This document shows positions 9,899 to 17,357 of a DNA stretch of 64,000 bases, in pieces. The position numbers were made by a program, and so were the translations under genes. The notes below the pieces were generated by a model. The model was not told the origin of the DNA and made no database searches. It saw only the letters and a program-made list of their open reading frames with translations. The stretch lies in NCBI GenBank assembly GCA_964358155.1, contig CAYHPA010000002.1, positions 3,406 through 67,405 on the forward strand, read 5' to 3'. The stretch's first letter is position 1, and every line of letters begins with the position of its first letter. The stretch comes from an uncultured Chitinophaga sp. Its GTDB lineage: Bacteria; Bacteroidota; Bacteroidia; Chitinophagales; Chitinophagaceae.

Positions 9899-9980
9899 AC
9901 CACATAGACACATAGTAAACAATAGAAATGCACACATAGATTTTCTATGTGTAACCTATGTATCTATGTTGCTATGTGGT
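9899..9980. repeat. heptad hairpin repeat element, CACATAG type, copy 3
   Basis: ACCACATAG-ACACATAG-...-CACATAGATTTTCTATGTG-...-CTATGTGGT. It lies between the kinase stop (9873) and the response regulator start (9997). Confidence 0.8.
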
Positions 9981-9996
9981 GAAACCAACAACTAAA

Positions 9997-10761
9997 ATGA
10001 AAAACATCTCCACCATAATCATTGATGATGAGCCGAAGAATATCAAATTGCTGCAACAAATGCTGGCAGCCCATTGCCCGCAGGTGGAAGTGGTGGCCAC
10101 CGAAAGCGATGCAAAAAAAGGATTGCAACTGCTGGGAGAAAAAACACCACAGCTTTTATTCCTTGATGTGGAGATGCCGCACCTGAATGGTTTTGACCTG
10201 TTGAAAAAACTGGAACCGGTTCTGTTTGAAGTGATATTCGTAACCGCCTACAGCCATTACGCCATTAAGGCCTTTGAGCACCATGCCACGGGCTATATCA
10301 CCAAACCCATCAATGCAGAAAAGCTTATTGCAGCAGTGAATATAGCCGCCAAAAGAATTGAAGAAAAAAGCGTCAACAAAAATCTTTTTTCTTTGCTCGA
10401 ACAAACATCAAGGCAAACCACTTCTGATAAAATTCCCCTCTCTACCGGCAATGGGTTATTGTTTGTAAAGATCGCCGACATCATGTATTGCGAAAGCAGC
10501 GGCAACTACACCCATTTTTATATGAATGATGACCGGAAGATCGTTGTGTCCCGCCAATTGGGGGAATATGAAAAGCTGTTACCAGACAATAATTTTACCC
10601 GCATACATGACAAGTATATCATCAACCTGGCTTATATCAAAGAATATATCAAAGGCAGCGGCGGTGAAGTGCTGCTGGAGAACGGAAAAGAAATTCCTGT
10701 TGCCTCAAGGCGGAAAGAAGATTTTTTGGCAAGGTTTGAAAGGTGGATCAGGCGAAAATAG
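9997..10761 (+). CDS. LytR/AlgR-family response regulator (REC + LytTR DNA-binding domain)
   Basis: I chose the ATG at 9997 (MKNISTIIIDDEP). The receiver has LFLDVEMPHLNGF. The LytTR C-terminal domain has IPLSTGNGLLFVKIADIMYCESSGNYT. Confidence 0.9.
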   Translation: MKNISTIIIDDEPKNIKLLQQMLAAHCPQVEVVATESDAKKGLQLLGEKTPQLLFLDVEMPHLNGFDLLKKLEPVLFEVIFVTAYSHYAIKAFEHHATGYITKPINAEKLIAAVNIAAKRIEEKSVNKNLFSLLEQTSRQTTSDKIPLSTGNGLLFVKIADIMYCESSGNYTHFYMNDDRKIVVSRQLGEYEKLLPDNNFTRIHDKYIINLAYIKEYIKGSGGEVLLENGKEIPVASRRKEDFLARFERWIRRK

Positions 10762-10847
10762 GCATATAAAATAATGAAAATCAATAAATATTAAAAACAC
10801 TCATTATGATGAGCAAATTTACTCAATAGATTGAGTATTTTTGATTA

Positions 10848-12038
10848 ATGCAAATTCAGCGACAAGATTTTAAAACACTATCTGACCGTATTATTGAAAA
10901 AAGAAAATTTATTCAGGTAGTGGCCGGCCCAAGACAAATTGGTAAAAGCACCCTGATAAAACAAGTGCTTGATACGCAGCAGCAACCATTTCTTGAAGTA
11001 TCGGCCGATGATGTGGCCAACGGCAATTCGCTTTGGATTGATCAGCAATGGCAAACTGCCAGACTGCAATTATCAAACACAGGGGCAGCGCATTTTATTT
11101 TAGCGATTGATGAAATTCAAAAAATTACTAATTGGAGCGAAGCGGTAAAAAAGAACTGGGATGCTGATACCGCATCCGGAACCGACATCCGGCTTATTAT
11201 TTCCGGCAGCAGCAAACTGCTGCTGCAAAAAGGCCTTACTGAAAGCCTGGCCGGCCGGTTTGAACTGATTAAAATGACCCACTGGTCATTTGCTGAAATG
11301 CGGGATGCGTTTGATATCAGCGAAGATGAATATGCTTATTTCGGCGCTTACCCTGCCGCCGCTGAATTTATCAAAGACGAAAAGAGATGGAAGGCTTATA
11401 TAAAAGACAGCCTGATAGAAACCACCATCACCAAAGATATTTTGATGCTTACCCGTGTTGACAAACCGGCTTTGCTGAAACAATTGTTTGAGCTGGGATG
11501 TGCCTACAGCACCCAACAGGTAAGTTTTAATAAACTGCTTGGGCAGTTGCAAAATGCAGGCAATACCACCACACTGAGTAATTATCTCAATTTGTTGGAC
11601 AGCGCCAACCTGTTAACGGGTTTGCCCAAGTATTCCGGATCGTCTGTCAGCAGCCGCAATTCTTCGCCGAAGCTGCAGGTATATAACAACGCCTTTTTCA
11701 GTGTTTATAACAAACTGTCGTTTGCTGAAGCAAAAAACGAACCCAGGGAATGGGGGCGCTGGGTAGAAAGTATTATTGGGGCCCATTTGCTGAACAGCAG
11801 TATAAAAAATGATTTTGCCGTTTATTACTGGCAGAGCGGGAATGACGAAGTAGATTTTATTTTACAACAGCAAAATAAACTGGTGGCCATTGAAGTAAAA
11901 TCGGGCAACCGCCTTAAATCGGCTTCGCTGGAAAAGGCACACAAACAATTCGGTTTTTATAAAACATATCTTACCGGTACGGAAGGCCTGCACTGGAAAG
12001 ATTTTATCAGGATGGATGTTCAATTGTTGTTTCAGTAG
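10848..12038 (+). CDS. AAA-family ATPase with a C-terminal DUF4143 / PD-(D/E)xK-like domain
   Basis: Walker A is GPRQIGKST and the Walker B-like segment is ILAIDEIQ. The C-terminus NDEVDFILQQQNKLVAIEVKSG has a D...E-x-K nuclease-like arrangement. Confidence 0.8.
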   Translation: MQIQRQDFKTLSDRIIEKRKFIQVVAGPRQIGKSTLIKQVLDTQQQPFLEVSADDVANGNSLWIDQQWQTARLQLSNTGAAHFILAIDEIQKITNWSEAVKKNWDADTASGTDIRLIISGSSKLLLQKGLTESLAGRFELIKMTHWSFAEMRDAFDISEDEYAYFGAYPAAAEFIKDEKRWKAYIKDSLIETTITKDILMLTRVDKPALLKQLFELGCAYSTQQVSFNKLLGQLQNAGNTTTLSNYLNLLDSANLLTGLPKYSGSSVSSRNSSPKLQVYNNAFFSVYNKLSFAEAKNEPREWGRWVESIIGAHLLNSSIKNDFAVYYWQSGNDEVDFILQQQNKLVAIEVKSGNRLKSASLEKAHKQFGFYKTYLTGTEGLHWKDFIRMDVQLLFQ

Positions 12039-12061
12039 TTACCGCCAACCCGGTCTGCACC

Positions 12062-12175
12062 AAGGGAAGCGGCGGCGAAGTGTTGCTGGAAAACGGAAAA
12101 GAAATACCTGTTGCCTCAAGACGTAAAGAAGATTTTTTGGCAAGGTTTGAGAAGTGGATTAGGAGAAAAGCGTAA
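12062..12175 (+). pseudogene. orphan 3' fragment (last 36 codons plus one extra codon) of a LytTR response-regulator paralogue
   Basis: It translates to KGSGGEVLLENGKEIPVASRRKEDFLARFEKWIRRKA*, matching the C-terminus of the intact gene at 10654-10761. By hand count there are 12 nt differences in 108 nt. Eleven are synonymous and one is R to K. There is no upstream coding continuation. Confidence 0.85.
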
Positions 12176-12324
12176 CGAGCAGGGCTTTGTGCAGGTGTGT
12201 GTAATAAACTGTTGAAACAAGTATTTGCCGTAGTAAAAAACAACACAATGTATCAACCAAATTATTGTTCAGCAAGACCGTAAAAAAATCAAAATTTGTT
12301 TGGTTTTTTACACAGTTCATGTTA
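12176..12324 (+). mobile_element. IS110-family insertion sequence 3' remnant, copy A: the last ~35 transposase codons plus the right end
   Basis: 12176-12283 translates to RAGLCAGVCNKLLKQVFAVVKNNTMYQPNYCSARP*, which resembles the conserved C-terminal helix of IS110-family (DEDD) transposases. About 40 nt follow that are shared with copy B and contain the near-palindrome CCGTAAAAAA...TTTTTTACACAG. Confidence 0.6.
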
Positions 12325-12567
12325 TCGGCTTCGCTTCTACGGTCGCACCCCAATAGAAACGGCACTGAAAAATTAAAGTCTTGTCGCAATGAGTGAGCAA
12401 CGATGTCAATACTTCTAAAACGTTCTATAATTCAAGTCAACCATTCCCAACGAATGTTAAACTATTTGAAAGTTATAATGCCAGAGCCAAAGAGTTTGAA
12501 AAAAGGTATAAAATACTTATCAAAAAAGGGGGATAAGTAAAGAACAGTATGAGTCATCTAAACATCT

Positions 12568-12951
12568 TCATGCGTTAGGAGTCTTGGATTTCATGTAATC
12601 GTTTACCGATTGTAACAATTTTGAACAATGCGGCACATTTCTGTTAATGTGTGTTTGTCTGTCAATGGAAAAGTCGGTATCGGTTTTATAAAGGTCTGTT
12701 AAGTGATAGTCAACATAAATAGCTAATTCTAATAACTGTGTTTTTAATTGTTGCTCGTCAAAAGAATATGTCTTTTTTAGTTGTTCCACCTCTTTGTCGT
12801 GAAGTGCAATTATTTTGTCAGGGCTTAATGCCTCTACATATCCTTTATATTTTTTAATAAGGCTTTTCTGTGACCTTATTTGTTGCCACAATATAACGCC
12901 GACAATAATGTTTGTAATTACAATTACTGTTGTTTGAATTTCTATTGTCAT
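12568..12951 (-). CDS. hypothetical small membrane-anchored protein (AT-rich orphan)
   Basis: 127 aa, with an N-terminal TM helix (VIVITNIIVGVILW) followed by a charged helical region. I recognise no family. Confidence 0.45.
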   Translation of the reverse strand: MTIEIQTTVIVITNIIVGVILWQQIRSQKSLIKKYKGYVEALSPDKIIALHDKEVEQLKKTYSFDEQQLKTQLLELAIYVDYHLTDLYKTDTDFSIDRQTHINRNVPHCSKLLQSVNDYMKSKTPNA

Positions 12952-13241
12952 GGTATAAAGTTTTAGTTATTGTCAAACCAGTAGTAAATGTGTCATCCGT
13001 AAGAATTTTGAACTGAACCTCTCTGTCTGTTTAGCATTGCCGATAACGTTCACAGCTTTGCGTTCGGCAGGGCATTTGAAAAATGTCCTGCCCGGAACTG
13101 CTGATGATTAAAGTTACAAAAGATGAGAACATATTCTGCTGTTCATCTGTGTTGGGTCAAGCCCGATATGCAGCCGATAGTAGTGCAAAAGCTGGGGCTT
13201 GACCCCGTCAGCCCCGCTGACGCAAAACCGAGTGCTGGCGG

Positions 13242-14666
13242 TTAGTTCTTCTTGTCTTGGTTAATATTGTTTGTAATAATCTTATGCGGAAAAATTGATT
13301 CACAAATTTCAAGGTCTACTAACGGGTTAACGTAAAAATATGTTGTCGCATAACTTGAACTAATTGAAGTCAAATGTTCAATAATTTCTTTGTTAAACCG
13401 TTTCTTATACTCTTTATTAAGATGCGGAAACGCTTCTTTGGTTGTAATTAATTTTTCTAATAAGTCTGTGATATTTGAATTTTCACCTGATATAAATTTT
13501 TTCCTCTCTTTGTTTATTAAGTTATATAGCTCAATTAATAATTTGTCGTGGTCATTAGAAATAGTTTGCGAGAGATGCTGTGGATTTCTATCGTTGACTT
13601 CTGAATCATTTTTTGGAGAACTTGCTTCTATAACAGAGTTATCAATGATATTGGGTATTGTTTTGGTTTTTGAAATTATTTCTGCCATTGACCTGTTTTG
13701 TTTATCAACTAACATTGTGATTGCTGAAGTGAGAATGAAAATAAAATTTGTCCACAAACCTATATGAATAATTGTAGCGTTACGCTCAGCTGTGGCAAAA
13801 GGTGGGTGACTTATATAGAATATATAGTAATAACCTTTTGAAAGCAGAAAAAGGATAATTGTCCATGTGCCAATTCCATAGTATAGGGCCTTAAGAAATG
13901 CTTGCGAAAAAGTTATTTTTTTCTCATCAAATGAAACATTTTTAATTTTAAGAAACTTCGTGCCAAATGTACCTCCTGTCACTTGCCCTATAAAATAGTA
14001 AATCGCAAAAAATAAACTGCATACTATTAATCTGGTCTTATAGACCTTATATTCCAAAAAGAGGTCAAGATTTCGGGGTGAGTTGCGACCAATATAATCG
14101 TCAATTTTAAAGCTTTGCTCCCCGTTGATTACGACTTGAACTAAAAAAATTATGCAGAGTAATATTATTCCATCAATTACAAAGGCAAATATTTTTTTAA
14201 ATGCAATAGGTTCTTTCTTTTTTAAAAAGAAGCTTCCTAATAATAAAATTGTCCCCCACGCAGCCCAAAAATGAATGCCCATAGCAGGAGTAATAAAAAT
14301 AACTCCATAAAAACGATACATATAAATGTTAGGAACCCTGATTGAATAGTTATCTAATAATAAAAAGGAGAAGTATGAAGCTAAAACAAGGAAGCCTAAT
14401 ATGCAAAAAAATGTACCAATTACTTTTTGAAAAGTCAGCCTGTTATCGTCTAGCTTAATTTTTATGTCTGAAAAGAAATCCGTCTCTTGTGCAGAAGTTG
14501 AAATATTTTCTTTGACTTTTGGTTTACTCTCTACGATTTGAGGCTCAGTAGGTAAATTTTCGGGGGGCTTAATTATTGTCTTTTGGATTTCAGGTTGTTT
14601 AGTCCCACAAAAGGAGCAAAAGACGCTGTCGTCATCTATTTGTTTACCGCAAGATTTACAAAACAT
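13242..14666 (-). CDS. zinc-ribbon / RDD-family-like polytopic membrane protein (AT-rich orphan)
   Basis: The N-terminus MFCKSCGKQIDDDSVFCSFCG is a zinc ribbon. Multiple TM helices follow, and KKIFAFVIDGIILL resembles the RDD-domain start. The C-terminal ~130 aa are soluble and Lys/Asn-rich. Confidence 0.6.
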   Translation of the reverse strand: MFCKSCGKQIDDDSVFCSFCGTKQPEIQKTIIKPPENLPTEPQIVESKPKVKENISTSAQETDFFSDIKIKLDDNRLTFQKVIGTFFCILGFLVLASYFSFLLLDNYSIRVPNIYMYRFYGVIFITPAMGIHFWAAWGTILLLGSFFLKKKEPIAFKKIFAFVIDGIILLCIIFLVQVVINGEQSFKIDDYIGRNSPRNLDLFLEYKVYKTRLIVCSLFFAIYYFIGQVTGGTFGTKFLKIKNVSFDEKKITFSQAFLKALYYGIGTWTIILFLLSKGYYYIFYISHPPFATAERNATIIHIGLWTNFIFILTSAITMLVDKQNRSMAEIISKTKTIPNIIDNSVIEASSPKNDSEVNDRNPQHLSQTISNDHDKLLIELYNLINKERKKFISGENSNITDLLEKLITTKEAFPHLNKEYKKRFNKEIIEHLTSISSSYATTYFYVNPLVDLEICESIFPHKIITNNINQDKKN

Positions 14667-14953
14667 ATTTAAAGGATAGGTGACTTATAGAATTACCGCC
14701 AACTTGTGTATTTGCGAAAGTACGAACCTTTGATTTTTCAGCTTACCAAATATTGTTGTCCCGGTACTCGTTATATTAAATACGTTTATGCAAGATTTTT
14801 ACAGGGTTGAAAGAGTTGCGCAAATGCAACCTCGCCAATAATTCTTTCCTGCACTATTTAGCCCGTTAGCCCCTTTCACACTTATACAACCACACCGCAC
14901 ATCTATACAATCCCGCCCAAAACAGTTTTTCTTCCCCCCATTTTTACACTGGC

Positions 14954-14973
14954 ATCCCGATAGCTATCGGGAT
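14954..14973. repeat. perfect 20-bp palindrome ATCCCGATAGCTATCGGGAT, 29 nt upstream of the operon start codon
   Basis: Read directly. The inner 16-mer CCCGATAGCTATCGGG recurs at 53189-53204. Confidence 0.85.
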
Positions 14974-15002
14974 TGCCTCCCATCATTTCAAATCACTGCG
15001 AT

Positions 15003-17351
15003 ATGAAAAAACTAAAACTCCTTCTGCCGGTATTATTATTCAGCACCCTGCTCTTCGGCCAGGCCGGGCAGATCAACCAGATCAATATTGTAAGCTTTAC
15101 GGTAAAACCCGTCTTGCCCGGCGCTGTTGACAGTTGGCTTACTACCCCCGCAGCATTGATAATGGTGGCGCAAAAAGTACCCGGCCCTGTGCCATTGAGG
15201 GAACCGAGACTGGTGGTTCAGATACGGAGCGGCAGCGCTGTTATCTGCGGCAATAGTATAGCTACCGGCAAACAAATTGATCCGTTTGATGTAAGAACAT
15301 TTACAACGGCCGACCTCGTTGGCATACTTGGCAACTGTCATGAATTAAAAGAAGGCACTTATACCATCTGCGCCCAGTTCTTCAATATTGATAAGATCGC
15401 CATCAGCCGCGAAGTGTGTAAAGACTTCAGAGTGGAAGCGCCCAAATCAACCGAGTACGCACCGCCGACGTTGATAACACCGGAAGACGAAAAGAAATTT
15501 TCTGTAACGCAATTACAAGGCCCGGTAATGTTTCGCTGGACTCCGCTTGTTCCAAAACCCAGGGACCCCGTTACCTATCGCCTAAAAGTCTGGCAACTGA
15601 TGCAGGGACAAACCGGCACACAGGCCATCCGCACCAACACGCCTTTAATAACAAAAGATGTGGAAGGCGGCCTTACACAAACAACAGTAAACGCCATACT
15701 CACCGGCCCCTGCAGGCCACCTTATCTCTGCGATTTTATATGGAATGTGCAGGCGCTGACAAGAGATGGCAAACCCATTGGCAATAATAACGGAACCAGC
15801 GAACCATTTCGTTTCAGTGCTGCTTCAGAAAATAACGCCTGCCCTGCAAACTCATTGCCCGAAAATAATAAACAGTTCAGCCTCGCAGAAGCAAAACAGT
15901 CCATATTGTTTACGTGGACAAATACTGCAACACCCGGCACTGCCGCTGTTTACAGGTTAAAAGTATGGCAGCTAATGCAGGGGCAAAACGGCGCACAGGC
16001 CATGAAGACCAATACACCGGTCGTTACAAAAGAGGTAAGAAACGCAACAGAAGTAACAGTGAGTGGAATTTACACCGGCCCATGCAGACCGCCTTATCTA
16101 TGCGATTTCATCTGGGCGGTGGAAATGATGGATGCCACAGGCCGTGTAAGCTGCACCAGCGAGGGTACAATATTCCGGGTAAAAGAAGAAGAACAACATC
16201 AGCAACCGTGTCCAACTGCAATTTTCCCTGAGGACAAGAAAAAATTTACACAACGGGAAGCCAAAGCCCCGGTAACTTTTAAATGGACACATACGGCAAC
16301 ACCGGGAACAACTGCTACATATCGCCTAAAAGTATGGCAACTGATGCAGGGGCAAAATGCATCACAGGCCATGAAATCAAACAACCCCATCATCACAAGG
16401 CAAGTAAGAGATGCGGGAGAAGTGACGGTGAACGGAATTCTGACCGGCCCCTGCAGGCCGCCTTATCTCTGCGATTTTATCTGGGCCGTGGATATGATGG
16501 ATGCCGCAGGCAGAACCATCTGCACCGGAGAAGTGATGAACTATAAAATAGCCAACAATGATATTGATATACAGATTGACAGTGTTGATGTGGAATGCTG
16601 CAAAAACGGGAAGCAGAATATTTATATCAAACTGAAGAATAATCTTGCTACGCCGGTTAAGATTACACAAATCAAGATTGATAAAGTGAATGGGGTGACA
16701 GCGAATATCATCCCTTCGCCCCTTACACCGATATTGGCTGTAACTATTCCGGGTAATGGCACCCAGGTGTTTGCCGGGCAGATCAATTGTATTGATACAG
16801 CGAAAATCATCCGCTTCTTTGTAGCGGCAGAAGACCCGGTTGACAATGCCATTACCGAAACAGAAGTGGAAGCAGATACACTGCATTGCGCCTGTGATGC
16901 CTGTGATGAAAAACATTTTGTAATGAATGTGCCGGCGCCGGGGCAAATCAACACTACGGCCAGCAGCATTTCATTTAATCAGCCGATAACCATTGTTGCC
17001 ACACCACCGAAAACCGTAAAGACCATCACGGCAGAGCTGGTATATTTTGAAATGAAACCGGAAAATGATCAGTGCATTCCTTGCGATAAAGATGCAAAAC
17101 TGTACGGCCATTTTACCAACGGCACCAACAGCCAGACATGGAACGGGGCGCAATCCAGCCTGAGCATAACTATCACCACACCTGTAACACCCTGCTGCAG
17201 CACTACTTTCCGATGGTGCATCCGGTACAAAGTGGAGTTCAGCGACTGCACGGTGTGTACCAAAGTAATTTGCTATGAAAAGAAAAAAACCGGCTGCACA
17301 CCCACTGGTGGCGGCGGACAGGATGACCCAATTAAAAACCTTCCAAAATAA
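15003..17351 (+). CDS. secreted cysteine-rich repeat protein (operon gene A)
   Basis: The ATG at 15003 gives MKKLKLLLPVLLFSTLLFGQ, a signal peptide. There are three tandem ~115-120 aa repeats containing YRLKVWQLMQGQ...TGPCRPPYLCDFIW, and a C-terminal 8-Cys module. I recognise no family. Confidence 0.8.
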   Translation: MKKLKLLLPVLLFSTLLFGQAGQINQINIVSFTVKPVLPGAVDSWLTTPAALIMVAQKVPGPVPLREPRLVVQIRSGSAVICGNSIATGKQIDPFDVRTFTTADLVGILGNCHELKEGTYTICAQFFNIDKIAISREVCKDFRVEAPKSTEYAPPTLITPEDEKKFSVTQLQGPVMFRWTPLVPKPRDPVTYRLKVWQLMQGQTGTQAIRTNTPLITKDVEGGLTQTTVNAILTGPCRPPYLCDFIWNVQALTRDGKPIGNNNGTSEPFRFSAASENNACPANSLPENNKQFSLAEAKQSILFTWTNTATPGTAAVYRLKVWQLMQGQNGAQAMKTNTPVVTKEVRNATEVTVSGIYTGPCRPPYLCDFIWAVEMMDATGRVSCTSEGTIFRVKEEEQHQQPCPTAIFPEDKKKFTQREAKAPVTFKWTHTATPGTTATYRLKVWQLMQGQNASQAMKSNNPIITRQVRDAGEVTVNGILTGPCRPPYLCDFIWAVDMMDAAGRTICTGEVMNYKIANNDIDIQIDSVDVECCKNGKQNIYIKLKNNLATPVKITQIKIDKVNGVTANIIPSPLTPILAVTIPGNGTQVFAGQINCIDTAKIIRFFVAAEDPVDNAITETEVEADTLHCACDACDEKHFVMNVPAPGQINTTASSISFNQPITIVATPPKTVKTITAELVYFEMKPENDQCIPCDKDAKLYGHFTNGTNSQTWNGAQSSLSITITTPVTPCCSTTFRWCIRYKVEFSDCTVCTKVICYEKKKTGCTPTGGGGQDDPIKNLPK

Positions 17352-17357
17352 ACTGCA

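Noticed and set aside
12403-12540. A 45-codon plus-strand ORF (MSILLKRSIIQVNHSQRMLNYLKVIMPEPKSLKKGIKYLSKKGDK) in the spacer after the IS remnant.
   Set aside because: It is short and Lys-rich in AT-rich DNA, where such ORFs arise easily. It has no ribosome-binding context I can evaluate and no recognisable motif.
12952-13241. Integron gene-cassette / attC interpretation of the AT-rich, same-orientation orphan genes and their structured spacers, with GTTATCGGC- and TAAC-type motifs near the gene ends.
   Set aside because: The candidate core sites do not fit RYYYAAC / GTTRRRY. The strongest hairpin has GTT at its 5' end and AAC at its 3' end, the wrong order. The spacer folds into several independent local hairpins, not one long R''-L''/L'-R' structure. 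No intI gene is present.
12039-14703. An 11-bp direct repeat TTACCGCCAAC at 12039-12049 and 14693-14703 brackets the AT-rich islet. It could be a target-site duplication or att sites.
   Set aside because: By my estimate, exact 11-mer pairs arise hundreds of times by chance in a 64 kb window. There is no integrase or recombinase gene inside the segment, and the repeat is not extended by flanking similarity.
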